DNA of 64,000 bases. It comes from a virus. Positions within the stretch are counted from its first letter, which is position 1; each line of letters starts with the position of its first letter. The notes under the pieces are model-generated. The model worked only from the letters and a program-made list of their open reading frames with translations. It ran no database searches and had not been told where the DNA came from. Position numbers and translations under genes: made by a program. This document shows positions 16,933-25,716 of this stretch, one piece after another. The stretch is taken from positions 11,988 through 75,987 of IMG/VR virus record IMGVR_UViG_3300022748_000017; one strand, given 5' to 3'.

Positions 16933-17510
16933 GTGTTCTTTTCCTTGAGTTTGGCTTCAATGATTTCCGCCCACTGCTTTACGGTATCAAACACCCATGT
17001 CTGCTTGCACAGTGGTCGGATGTCATCCTCCGTCAGCCCAACCCATTGCCGCTGTGCTGCGGGTGGGGTGTTGAACGATGCGGCATCCTCAAACATGCAG
17101 CGCAGGTCTGTCGGTGTTCCTTGAATGTCGTGGCGCTCTGCCCACACCTCAATTTCAGCATCGCTTACAGGCTCCTGCACAGGTGCTGCGGGTGGGGTGA
17201 TGCGAGGACATTTCAAGCATTTGCCCCCGGGCCAACTGCCACAAATACAAGGGCCAACAACATCGCCTTCCGGGTACGCCACAGGCTCATCGGCTGGCTT
17301 CCGCTCAAGGGAAGCTATTAAACCAAGAGCGGCTCTTAATTGGTCTACCTCGTTACTCAATTTCAGTCGATCATCGTGATAGACAAGAATCTCGTTGTGC
17401 AATCGCCGTAATTCGGTGGCGGCGGCGCTACAAGTCAGATTGTCTAATGAATAACGAATAAGTGGATCGATTTCATCTGCCAGTCGCAAGGCTGTTGGTC
17501 TTGTGGTCAT
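16929..17510 (-). CDS. Modular accessory protein (Ea22/Eaa-like linkers)
   Basis: TPPAAPVQEPV and PAAQRQWVGL...IEAKLKEKNT modules. Confidence 0.6.
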   Translation of the reverse strand: MTTRPTALRLADEIDPLIRYSLDNLTCSAAATELRRLHNEILVYHDDRLKLSNEVDQLRAALGLIASLERKPADEPVAYPEGDVVGPCICGSWPGGKCLKCPRITPPAAPVQEPVSDAEIEVWAERHDIQGTPTDLRCMFEDAASFNTPPAAQRQWVGLTEDDIRPLCKQTWVFDTVKQWAEIIEAKLKEKNT

Positions 17511-18166
17511 CAGTGGTTCCTCATAAATTCACGCACGATGTTTCGCGCCGCTTCATCTCGTTCAAAAGAATCGTTTGGGTCAAACTTTTTAGGCTCCTGC
17601 ACAGGTGCTGCGGGTGGGGTGGTTTCTGCCTCTTGAATAATTCCGTAGTGGTCTTGGTCTTCAACCTGCATCACTTCCCAGTCCTCAAGTTTTCGTTCAC
17701 TTACCCAATGTCCGGCTGGATGTTTACGCATCAACCATTTGTAGTGCCGTGCATTGAAATCCATGCAAGCGGCATAAACAAGTTGTCCGTTTACTTGTTG
17801 AAGCGGAATAAAACCTTTCGGCAGGTCATCAGTTGCCACCGGCTCCTGCACAGGTGCTGCCAGTGGCTTAGCCACGTTGGGTGGGGTAATGTAGAGGGGA
17901 ATGCAGTGTTCGCACTCTTTGTATTTGCTGGTCTCCCACACAGTTTTGTCCAGTGAGTTACAAGCCCACATAAACGGCTCCTGCTTCTCTGCCTGCTCAA
18001 TGGCGGTGCGGAGGGTGTTAAAGGCCTTTTCATTCATAGCCAACACATCTTGGTAACGAGACATCTCGCGTTCATTGTTCGGTTCGCAGTCGTGCCAGTT
18101 GAATAGAAAGTCGCCACTGTTTGCGATAGCCTCCAGCGCCTGCTTCATTGCTTCGATGTAGTTCAT
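17510..18166 (-). CDS. Modular accessory protein (Ea22/Eaa-like linkers)
   Basis: MKQALEA..., EKQEP, AAPVQEP twice. Confidence 0.6.
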   Translation of the reverse strand: MNYIEAMKQALEAIANSGDFLFNWHDCEPNNEREMSRYQDVLAMNEKAFNTLRTAIEQAEKQEPFMWACNSLDKTVWETSKYKECEHCIPLYITPPNVAKPLAAPVQEPVATDDLPKGFIPLQQVNGQLVYAACMDFNARHYKWLMRKHPAGHWVSERKLEDWEVMQVEDQDHYGIIQEAETTPPAAPVQEPKKFDPNDSFERDEAARNIVREFMRNH

Positions 18167-18399
18167 GTATTTCTCCCAAAATTTTGTTGTGCAAACTCTC
18201 TTACGATGTCTCGAATGTCACACATGGCTTGCACTTGCATCCAGTTGGCTTCTTCTATTGTGCGAACATGGTTTTCGTAATTCTTTTGGCGAATCAACTC
18301 GGCCTCAATAGGGGCAACTTGAATCGCGCCCTTGGCTCTTACACGTTGCCGCATTACTTCCATGCGGTGCATTGCAATTGCTTTTTTGATATGTGTCAT
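18163..18399 (-). CDS. Hypothetical protein
   Basis: ATGA-coupled ORF starting MTHIKK. Confidence 0.45.
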   Translation of the reverse strand: MTHIKKAIAMHRMEVMRQRVRAKGAIQVAPIEAELIRQKNYENHVRTIEEANWMQVQAMCDIRDIVREFAQQNFGRNT

Positions 18400-18737
18400 G
18401 CTTGCCCCCTTGCTCGGATGGTTTTCTCGCATATGAGCGCGGCTTCCATTTCATCGCCGCAGTACATACTTTTAAATTCAAGAGCAATCTTGACGCACAC
18501 CTTTGCACACGCCTCACGCTCGGCCTCAACAGCCTCACGCATTGCCACACAAGCAGCCTTTGTGCAGGTCGGGCCACATGAGTGAACGTCCCATGTGTAT
18601 TTCGCGGCTTCATCAGCACGAACAAGGACAACAAGGCGTTCAAGTTCTTCCTGAGTTATCGTCCAAAAATCGTTTTGCCATGCGTCCACTTTGTCTTTGT
18701 CGCAAGCCTCAAGCATCATGTCTATGGTGTTTCTCAT
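18396..18737 (-). CDS. Hypothetical protein, MRNTIDM family, copy A
   Basis: N-terminus shared with 55646-55885; EREACAKVC motif. Confidence 0.6.
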   Translation of the reverse strand: MRNTIDMMLEACDKDKVDAWQNDFWTITQEELERLVVLVRADEAAKYTWDVHSCGPTCTKAACVAMREAVEAEREACAKVCVKIALEFKSMYCGDEMEAALICEKTIRARGQA

Positions 18738-19444
18738 ACTGTCTCCTTGATTGCGTAGTCATGGAATATCAAGCCCTTGGTTGCATCGCCAACCTTATGC
18801 GCCTTGACCCATACGTTTTTTCCTGTCTTCAGCCTTCTCAAATGGCCTCTGCGCTCATGAAGTCGTGGTGATGCGTGTGTACCACCTTTATCGTCTGATC
18901 GGGGCTTTGCTGGCTCAATCCACACTGTTGTCCAGTCGTATGTCGGCAACTTGCCTTGTTGAATTTTGCGCCGATTGGTAAACGTGTCACGCACAGATGG
19001 CACATATGCTTCAATGCGTCTGTCCATTGCCCCGTACCATGCTCCAAGTTGCGCCAACATCAGTTCGGCAAGTTCTTTTTCAACTGGCTCATCATCGTTG
19101 ACTGCGCCATATCGGATGTTGTCATCTTCAATGAAATAAAACATTGCAGGGATAGGGTAAAGCCTTGTTCCTGATGGCCCCTTCCACATACAAACCGTGA
19201 TGCCTTCTTCCGGGTCTATTCCAGCCACAAGCATCAACACCTCGTAACTTGGGTGATGGCGTGTTTTCCCTTGCCAAGTAACAAAGCATTTGTCAAAAGG
19301 CGGTCGGTGCGTCATTACCGGGTCAAGGTCGGCTTTTTGTGAATCGCTGAATGCCCCAGTCATGTCAAACCATTTGATGTCCACCAAATCAACGCCAGCA
19401 TCATCCATCAGTTTCATTGATGAGCGCACAAGTTGAGTGGTCAT
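18734..19444 (-). CDS. Hypothetical protein with a basic His-rich C-terminus, A only
   Basis: HASPRLHERRGHLRRL...VWVKAH; start placed at the ATGA overlap. Confidence 0.65.
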   Translation of the reverse strand: MTTQLVRSSMKLMDDAGVDLVDIKWFDMTGAFSDSQKADLDPVMTHRPPFDKCFVTWQGKTRHHPSYEVLMLVAGIDPEEGITVCMWKGPSGTRLYPIPAMFYFIEDDNIRYGAVNDDEPVEKELAELMLAQLGAWYGAMDRRIEAYVPSVRDTFTNRRKIQQGKLPTYDWTTVWIEPAKPRSDDKGGTHASPRLHERRGHLRRLKTGKNVWVKAHKVGDATKGLIFHDYAIKETV

Positions 19445-19778
19445 ACCAGCCAACTCCTCACTGCCATCATCGTGACGATGAAGCATACAAACGTCAAAAG
19501 AATCCACAACAAAACGTCTTCGTTCTTCATTTGTTCACCTCGCACATTTCCCAACCTGTCCAAAAGTAAATCCAGCGGGTTTGCAATGATGGAACAATGT
19601 ACCGACCACTTTTTGTCTCAAAGTTGTCATAGCCCTTGGTACGCATCAGAGCCTCAAATACTTTTCTAGCCTGTGTCATAGCAATGCTTCCTCTGCTTGT
19701 TGAAGTTGTTTACGCTTGTATGCGGCTTCTTGTTGTGGTGTCCAAGGGATTGGACCGGATGGTGGGGGGAAGGGCCAG

Positions 19779-20033
19779 TTATGTGCCATGAGTACCCCAA
19801 TCAGGCATGGATTCTTTTTTGGTCAAGCTATTGAGTTGCGGCAGCAATTCATCCAACTCAAATACGCCAAACTTGCTGCGGCAATAAGCGCCCCAGAACC
19901 ATGTTGCCTCTTCCCAATAGCATTGACGGAACAGGCGGTCACGCACAAATGCGCCGGGGCTGTTGGGCATATACAGAGGAAGCGGATTGTCCAGTTCTTC
20001 CTGCATTGCTGCTCGGATTGCTTCGTAGTTCAT
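19779..20033 (-). CDS. Conserved hypothetical protein, copy A
   Basis: YMPNSP.AFVRDRLF shared with 56465-56719. Confidence 0.7.
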   Translation of the reverse strand: MNYEAIRAAMQEELDNPLPLYMPNSPGAFVRDRLFRQCYWEEATWFWGAYCRSKFGVFELDELLPQLNSLTKKESMPDWGTHGT

Positions 20034-20302
20034 AACGTCACCTGCACCACACGAATTTCCCCGCTGCGTTCACGCAAACCTGCTCGTCCAGCATCTATTG
20101 CATCTTCTCTTGTTGGAAATAATGGATAAGGACACCGAAAGGAATTTCTTTGTGAATTGTCAAAATTTCCATATGCCTGATTGAAATATTCAGACGGCGC
20201 AAATCTGTACCAAGCCATCCATCCTTGGGGCCGCGCTTCTGTAATGATTACTTCAGCGGCTTTTGATGAGATGCCTTCGCTGACAACAATTTCATCTTTC
20301 AT
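20030..20302 (-). CDS. Hypothetical protein, A only
   Basis: Coupled ORF within the operon. Confidence 0.5.
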   Translation of the reverse strand: MKDEIVVSEGISSKAAEVIITEARPQGWMAWYRFAPSEYFNQAYGNFDNSQRNSFRCPYPLFPTREDAIDAGRAGLRERSGEIRVVQVTL

Positions 20303-20585
20303 TGTTTTTTCCTATCTTGTTTAGTGTCCACTCAAGCAGTTCTTGCTGAGTGATGTCATAGTACTTCACAAACCCCTTGGTTCCCAATCCGTGAATACCC
20401 TTATTGCCACGGTGATGTTCATAGCATAAACCCATCAAAGTTTTGTAATCCCCTTTGCCCCATCCCCCTGCTCTAAGATGATGCAACTCAACTGGAGCCG
20501 GGTCATGTGGCCCATAAAGATGATGGCAAAGGCAACAACCCAAAGCGGCAACTTTGGCTTTGTGTTCTTTTTCTTGTTTAGTCAT
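20292..20585 (-). CDS. Ref-like/HNH Zn nuclease, copy A
   Basis: C..C...ELHHLR...LC.EHHRG..GIHG. Confidence 0.7.
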   Translation of the reverse strand: MTKQEKEHKAKVAALGCCLCHHLYGPHDPAPVELHHLRAGGWGKGDYKTLMGLCYEHHRGNKGIHGLGTKGFVKYYDITQQELLEWTLNKIGKNNER

Positions 20586-20889
20586 CTTTTATGGTTACAC
20601 CGTTTGTAGCCGCCCAATAGAGCAACCATTCGGTAAAGCTGATTGCTTGTTCTTTTGTGAATCGTCTGCTTTGCAATCCAAGCTGGACAACTCTTAAGCC
20701 ATCAATACTTGGCACAACTTTACTTACGCTGTCGGTTTCGCCATTCTCATGCGCCCATTGGTCAATCAAGAATCGCTTAAAACTTTCAGCAGACCAACGT
20801 GATCCATGAATTCTTGCTTGTGCGGCAATTTGAGCAATGATGGAGTGCATCAACTTGTTCTGTTGATTTGTTCTCATATCTGGTTTCAC
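20578..20889 (-). CDS. NinB-like recombination protein, copy A
   Basis: RT.QQN.LMH...IA.Q...HG..W...VPSIDG..VV.LG.QS. Confidence 0.7.
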   Translation of the reverse strand: MKPDMRTNQQNKLMHSIIAQIAAQARIHGSRWSAESFKRFLIDQWAHENGETDSVSKVVPSIDGLRVVQLGLQSRRFTKEQAISFTEWLLYWAATNGVTIKDD

Positions 20890-21152
20890 TTAGCCACCCC
20901 AATCATGCGTAAAGCCCCTTCAACGTCATTTATGCGGCACAACGTACCTCCGGTCCAATTTCCGAAAAAGTCTTGCTGTAGGCGCGTTAAAGGCTTTTTA
21001 GGGCCATTTTTTATCTCAACCAAAAATGTGTGGTTGTTGTAGCCGACCAAAAGGTCAACAGGTAGGCCAATAACCCATACATAAGCGCCAGCAGCCCGGA
21101 GTGCGCTGACGATCTGTTCTTGATTGGCATCCACCTTTGCGGCATATCTCAT
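20886..21152 (-). CDS. PD-(D/E)XK nuclease / Holliday junction resolvase-like (VRR-NUC-like), copy A
   Basis: VDANQ..IV.ALR...PVDLLVGY...LVEIK. Confidence 0.75.
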   Translation of the reverse strand: MRYAAKVDANQEQIVSALRAAGAYVWVIGLPVDLLVGYNNHTFLVEIKNGPKKPLTRLQQDFFGNWTGGTLCRINDVEGALRMIGVAK

Positions 21153-21361
21153 AGCAGTTCGCCTTTCCTCATCATGTCCATGTAGTTTCGTATCCGTTGC
21201 ACACAGCCGCTTCCATATCGCTTTTCTAAGTATTCAATCCGTTCTCGGGTAAGCACTCGCTGTTGAGTTGTCTCCCAAGTACGAAAAAGAATCCGAGCCT
21301 CACCTTGCTCAAGGATTACTCGGTCACTTTCGTTCGATATGGTCTTGCGGCTGTATGTCAT
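21149..21361 (-). CDS. Hypothetical protein
   Basis: ATGA-coupled ORF. Confidence 0.5.
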   Translation of the reverse strand: MTYSRKTISNESDRVILEQGEARILFRTWETTQQRVLTRERIEYLEKRYGSGCVQRIRNYMDMMRKGELL

Positions 21362-21525
21362 GGAAGCGCCCATGCTTTCCTGTTTTCCACAATCTTGCCT
21401 TCCCGTGAGCAGTAAGCAAGGGTGTAGTGGATTTCACGGTCAGTCCAACCTGTAATTTCCCGCAGTTCTTGGCGAGTTAGGGGGCCATGTTCCAGCAACT
21501 TCTGGAGTGCGTATGTTTTGGTCAT
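21358..21525 (-). CDS. Small winged-HTH-like protein (55 aa)
   Basis: Manual translation LLEHGPLTRQELREITGW; coupled at both ends. Confidence 0.5.
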   Translation of the reverse strand: MTKTYALQKLLEHGPLTRQELREITGWTDREIHYTLAYCSREGKIVENRKAWALP

Positions 21526-22337
21526 GCTGTCTTCCTCAAAACTTGGTTAATCTGCTGACGAATGTGGTCAGGCATTGGAGCCGCTTTTTGCAAATCTGCC
21601 TTAATTTTGAGCAATGCAGGGTCAGGGCCAGTATTTGTCGGTGGAACTGTTGTCCGGGCAACGTCAGCAGCTATTTGGGCAAATGACTTGTTTTCCTTTA
21701 ACTCAAATACATCTTGCCATCCACTTGTAATTGATTTCTCCAATATAGCGACCACATCTTGTCCTTGAGTTTTAAATTTTTGCAATTTTCCAACTATTAG
21801 CTTTTTAGCAAAGTCGGTTGCAGGTTTTTTAATTCGCTTTCGCATTTCTATGAAAGCATCCCAAGTCTCTGTAGGAATCCAATCTGGCAAAACAAAGGCA
21901 ACATCAGTTGCCGCGCTCTCAGGCGCTTTCCTTTCCAGTTCCTTTCCTTTCCTTTCCTTTCCAGTAGGTAGTGGTTCAGTAGGACTACGGTAGTCATACT
22001 GTAAATTGCATAAGTCCTTGATTTTGCTAGCAGTTTTCTTGTTTATAACTTGATGTTTTTCAAAGTTGACAATCTTGCCATAAGTCTTTCCATCAAAGCC
22101 TGAATATACCTCTATGTAACCTATCTCTGATAGCTCCCGTAGAAGTACGGTAGTAGTAAATGACAATGTTCTTAATGGAAAAATATCAGATTCAACCAAC
22201 TTTGGATTGGCATTGAAATATCCTTCATCATCGCAATGATTGAGAAGACCAATAGCCAATAAAGCCGCTTCAGGTGAAATTCCAGCAAGCAATTCGTCAC
22301 GCCAAAATTCAGGCTTAATTGTTCTGATTCGTGCCAT
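21522..22337 (-). CDS. Replication initiator / replisome organizer, copy A
   Basis: MARIRTIKPEFW N-terminus; LPDWIP...W..F..MRK C-terminal domain. Confidence 0.8.
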   Translation of the reverse strand: MARIRTIKPEFWRDELLAGISPEAALLAIGLLNHCDDEGYFNANPKLVESDIFPLRTLSFTTTVLLRELSEIGYIEVYSGFDGKTYGKIVNFEKHQVINKKTASKIKDLCNLQYDYRSPTEPLPTGKERKGKELERKAPESAATDVAFVLPDWIPTETWDAFIEMRKRIKKPATDFAKKLIVGKLQKFKTQGQDVVAILEKSITSGWQDVFELKENKSFAQIAADVARTTVPPTNTGPDPALLKIKADLQKAAPMPDHIRQQINQVLRKTA

Positions 22338-22704
22338 GAATTTTCTCCAAAAACATTTTTGTCAAATCATCTTTTGTTAAGACAGATAAAACATCAACAA
22401 GACAATCCATTTCATATGAACCCCAATATCCCATCTTGACAAGTTCTAATACAACATTTGCTTTAGACGCATCAAGGGCTGTATGTTCATCAGAATGGCA
22501 ATCAGCACAAAGAGTAATTATTGAGTCTTGATCGTAATCCCAAGGGCCTTCTGCAAAAGGATGATATTGAGGATGATGTGCATGAAGTGTTTTGTCTTTT
22601 GAACCACAATTCCTGCAAGTAAAGTTATCTCGTTCATAAACGCGCAAACGCATTTGTTGCCAACGAGGATCAAGCAATTTTTCAGAGTATGACTTTTTTG
22701 CCAT
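22315..22704 (-). CDS. HNH endonuclease, A only
   Basis: RDNFTCRNCG...LHAHH...ITLCADCH. Confidence 0.8.
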   Translation of the reverse strand: MAKKSYSEKLLDPRWQQMRLRVYERDNFTCRNCGSKDKTLHAHHPQYHPFAEGPWDYDQDSIITLCADCHSDEHTALDASKANVVLELVKMGYWGSYEMDCLVDVLSVLTKDDLTKMFLEKIHGTNQNN

Positions 22705-22722
22705 AAAAATCTCCAATAAAAA

Positions 22723-22820
22723 ACCCCTGAAAGCTGGTGGGACTAGCACCAAACCTTCAGGGGTCAGCCTGTGAAGGCTTAGATGTATTTGCGTCTAGTC
22801 CACGAAACATCTAAGCCTTC
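22723..22820 (-). ncRNA. Two-hairpin kissing-loop leader RNA/attenuator, copy A
   Basis: Two long hairpins with complementary 7-nt loops (GGACTAG/CTAGTCC); covaries with the copy at 59973-60068. Confidence 0.7.
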
Positions 22821-22827
22821 TAGGAAA

Positions 22828-22856
22828 AGTATATCACTTCCTTGGCGGTTTGCCAA
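22828..22856 (-). promoter_or_regulatory. Sigma70 promoter with extended -10, copy A
   Basis: TTGGCA, 17-nt spacer ending in TGA, TATACT; same geometry in B. Confidence 0.7.
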
Positions 22857-23046
22857 AGTAAATCTTGGTCTTGTTATCGTCCATCAACTTGAACGTGATG
22901 GTCCAGCCAGCTTCTTTCAGGTCACTGATCCTGCGGTGAGGGGTGACACTTGGAAGGTGTTTCACAATCTCCACACTGGTCACACCCTGCTTGCGTTGCA
23001 TCAGCAGCTTGAGTTTGTCCAACTGCGTCATCTTCTTGGCTAACAT
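22834..23046 (-). CDS. Small HTH DNA-binding protein, copy A
   Basis: GVTSVEI...RRISDLKEAGWTI; homologue at 60084-60302. Confidence 0.7.
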   Translation of the reverse strand: MLAKKMTQLDKLKLLMQRKQGVTSVEIVKHLPSVTPHRRISDLKEAGWTITFKLMDDNKTKIYFGKPPRK

Positions 23047-23141
23047 CTTTCTTTCCTTTCTTGCCGAAAATCCGGTCAAAGTTTGATGAGAAAACTTCAC
23101 TGTTTACGCTAAACGGCCTTGGAGCCGACCCTTTTCCACCA

Positions 23142-23606
23142 TCAGACACTTGGTTTTGCCCTGCTGTAAGTGTGGACGGAATCACCCGTAAATGCCGGGT
23201 TAGCTTTAATCTTGGTCTGCATCACAGCAAGTTCAGATTTGCTGAACAGCCCTTTGGCGGTGTTGCGCCAATCAAAAGCATTGCCATGCGACTTTTTCCA
23301 GCCTTCAGGCCAGTGCGATTCAATGACGATAGACTTTGTTTCCACAGGCTTAATGTCTTGGACATACTTAACCTTTGACTGATCTACCAGTTCGACAATA
23401 AAAATGTTGCGTAGGCGTTTGTTGTCATAGCCGCCCACACGCAATTCAATTACGCCATCAGCAATCAGCTTATTGCGGATAGCAGCAGCCGATACGTTGA
23501 ATTTTTGATTGACCATGTTTTGAATTCTCTTGTCGTTCTCGGGTCCGTTTTTCAGACGGTCCAAGTAATATGCAATTGCACGATTGTCTTCACTGATAAA
23601 AGTCAT
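23142..23606 (-). CDS. Conserved hypothetical protein, copy A
   Basis: Homologue at 60395-60859 (HWPEGW.KSHGNAFDWR). Confidence 0.7.
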   Translation of the reverse strand: MTFISEDNRAIAYYLDRLKNGPENDKRIQNMVNQKFNVSAAAIRNKLIADGVIELRVGGYDNKRLRNIFIVELVDQSKVKYVQDIKPVETKSIVIESHWPEGWKKSHGNAFDWRNTAKGLFSKSELAVMQTKIKANPAFTGDSVHTYSRAKPSV

Positions 23607-23772
23607 TGATGGATACCTCTCGGTTGATGATGCGCTCGATGGCGCGGGTTAGGAGTGCCAGCATAGCCGCTTCAACGTCTTGTGGATGGTCAACATAGTG
23701 CTTGACTAGCGTATACCCATAAGTCGTTAAAGCGTCTGCTGCATTGGCTTCGGCTTGGTCTGGAGTTGTCAT
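23590..23772 (-). CDS. Conserved hypothetical protein, copy A
   Basis: Homologue at 60843-61025. Confidence 0.7.
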   Translation of the reverse strand: MTTPDQAEANAADALTTYGYTLVKHYVDHPQDVEAAMLALLTRAIERIINREVSINDFYQ

Positions 23773-23879
23773 GCCGACAAGCGTATCATGTCTAGCTTGA
23801 CTTTTTTCTAGGTGTTTTCACCTATGCTTTTTTGTGGGAATCTGGTTTACAGTGGAGGCTCAACAAGACAGGAGTTCAC

Positions 23880-24032
23880 ATGAACACGACACTTTTACGC
23901 AAAGCGAGGACGCTGTTCCTCAACTACAATGCCACCCCCGATGTGATTCGGCAATATCAATTGAAGTGGGCACGTTCTGTCCATCAGCTTGGTGCTAATT
24001 ACCTGCTTGCTCAACCAGTGGGACGCAAATAA
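23880..24032 (+). CDS. Small hypothetical protein
   Basis: AGGAG SD then ATG; first gene of the rightward operon. Confidence 0.6.
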   Translation: MNTTLLRKARTLFLNYNATPDVIRQYQLKWARSVHQLGANYLLAQPVGRK

Positions 24033-24033
24033 C

Positions 24034-24183
24034 ATGGGCGCGATCATTGTGTTAGCTTGCTTTGCAGCTTGGTTTACCCACATCATTTATTGCTTCTCAC
24101 ACACGCTGTGGGGTTTTTTGATTGCTGGTGCTTTGTTTTTTCCAATCGGCATCTTTCATGGCGTTTGGGTTTGGTTCACATGA
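24034..24183 (+). CDS. Small membrane protein
   Basis: Two hydrophobic segments; ATGA-coupled to the next gene. Confidence 0.6.
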   Translation: MGAIIVLACFAAWFTHIIYCFSHTLWGFLIAGALFFPIGIFHGVWVWFT

Positions 24184-24695
24184 CAGAAAAAACACATTAC
24201 AGAAAAGCCTTTGACTCTCCATATTTGTCAGCGGCTGACATTGTTGAGCCTACAACTTTGACAATCAAAGAAGTTAGGCTTCAACCCGACAAAACCAAAA
24301 AAACCAAAGACTTGTTTAACACAGCGTACTTTGCTGAACGCGAAATTCGTCAAGGCGAAAAACTCAAGCCAATGGTTTTGAATAGTACCAACAGCAAAAC
24401 ACTAAAACAATTAACAGGTTCAGCTTTTATTGATGATTGGGCAAATGTGTCCATCACAGTTTATGTTGATCCTGCGGTGCGTTTTGGCAAAGAAACTGTT
24501 GAAGGTTTACGCATCAGCCCAATTCCTCCAGACAAACGTAAGGTTGCCGTTAAGCAACAGATTACAGATGAACGTCTGGATGCTGCAATTGCAAAAATCA
24601 AAGCTGGTGAATACACCACACTTCAGCTTAATGAAAGATTCATTCTGTCTGAAGAACAAGAAAAAAAACTACAAGAGGCTTTAGCAAATGATTAA
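24180..24695 (+). CDS. Putative ssDNA-annealing/recombination protein, copy A
   Basis: Occupies the recombinase slot before the exonuclease and SSB; homologue at 61322-61831; family not identified. Confidence 0.55.
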   Translation: MTEKTHYRKAFDSPYLSAADIVEPTTLTIKEVRLQPDKTKKTKDLFNTAYFAEREIRQGEKLKPMVLNSTNSKTLKQLTGSAFIDDWANVSITVYVDPAVRFGKETVEGLRISPIPPDKRKVAVKQQITDERLDAAIAKIKAGEYTTLQLNERFILSEEQEKKLQEALAND

Positions 24696-25317
24696 GTTTC
24701 GAGCATCGTCACTTGCTGACATCATGACTGACCCAAAAAGCAAAGATGAAATTTTGTCTGCTGGGGCCAAAACCGCTATTACCAAAATGGCTAAAGAATT
24801 TGTCTATGGATTTGATGAACGCATCAGCAGCAAATACATGGACAAGGGCATTCAAGTCGAAGATCGTTCTATTGAACTTTTAAACTCTGTTCTTTTTACC
24901 AACTACAAAAAGAACACAGAGCGAAAAACTAACGAGTGGATCACAGGAGAATGTGACATTGTTGGTGATGGGAAAATTCACGACATCAAATCATCATGGT
25001 CATTAGCAACATTTCCTGTTCTGTCTAGCCAAGGCGAGGATAAAACCTACGAATGGCAGGGCAGAGCGTACATGATGCTTTGGGATATGGATGAGTTTGA
25101 AATTGACTATTGTTTGGTGAATACACCAGACTCATTGATTGGGTACGAGGATTACAATTTGCATTCTGTAGAACACATCGCTCCAGAATTGCGTGTAACC
25201 CGAGTCCAATACAAACGTGACTTAGCCTTGGAACAAAAGATCAAGGTCAAAGTTAATGCAGCCCGTGATTTCTATGAGCAAATCGTAAAAGAAATCGCTA
25301 AACAACACACTTTTTAA
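24688..25317 (+). CDS. YqaJ/lambda-exonuclease-like PD-(D/E)XK nuclease, copy A
   Basis: RASS, KG..VE, TGECD...DIKSSW, YEWQ...YM. Confidence 0.8.
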   Translation: MIKFRASSLADIMTDPKSKDEILSAGAKTAITKMAKEFVYGFDERISSKYMDKGIQVEDRSIELLNSVLFTNYKKNTERKTNEWITGECDIVGDGKIHDIKSSWSLATFPVLSSQGEDKTYEWQGRAYMMLWDMDEFEIDYCLVNTPDSLIGYEDYNLHSVEHIAPELRVTRVQYKRDLALEQKIKVKVNAARDFYEQIVKEIAKQHTF

Positions 25318-25326
25318 AAGGTACAA

Positions 25327-25716
25327 ATGCTCAATCAAGCACAAATCATTGGACATCTTGGCAAAGACCCAGAAATACGTTATTTGCCAAGTGGTGAAGC
25401 TGTTGCAAATTTCTCAATTGCTACAACTGAAAAATGGAAAGACAAACAATCTGGAGATTACAAAGAACATACTGAATGGCACAGCATCAGTACGTTTGGT
25501 CGTTTAGCAGAAATTGTTGGTGAATACTTGCACAAGGGTTCGCTTGTTTATGTATCTGGCAAAATCAAAACTCGCAAGTATCAAAAGGATGGGCAAGATC
25601 ACTATGCAACGTCAATTCAATGTCAAGAATTGAAAATGCTTGGTGGAACCCAATCCAATAAACAACGTCAAGAATCTGAGCAACAACCAGTGCCAGAGGA
25701 CGATATACCGTTTTAA
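25327..25716 (+). CDS. ssb: Single-stranded DNA-binding protein, copy A
   Basis: IGHLGKDPEIRY...TEWH, acidic DDIPF tail. Confidence 0.95.
   Translation: MLNQAQIIGHLGKDPEIRYLPSGEAVANFSIATTEKWKDKQSGDYKEHTEWHSISTFGRLAEIVGEYLHKGSLVYVSGKIKTRKYQKDGQDHYATSIQCQELKMLGGTQSNKQRQESEQQPVPEDDIPF

Noticed and set aside
19444-19507. Shared N-terminal extensions MDSFDVCM.../MDSLGICM... on unrelated proteins
   Set aside because: These are an off-frame reading of the conserved upstream small membrane gene; the true starts are at the ATGA overlaps (19444, 56262)
23773-23879. Lysogeny switch (cI/cro) or integrase/att at the divergent region
   Set aside because: No repressor with a peptidase domain, no tyrosine or serine recombinase and no host flanks are visible, so a prophage state is unsupported
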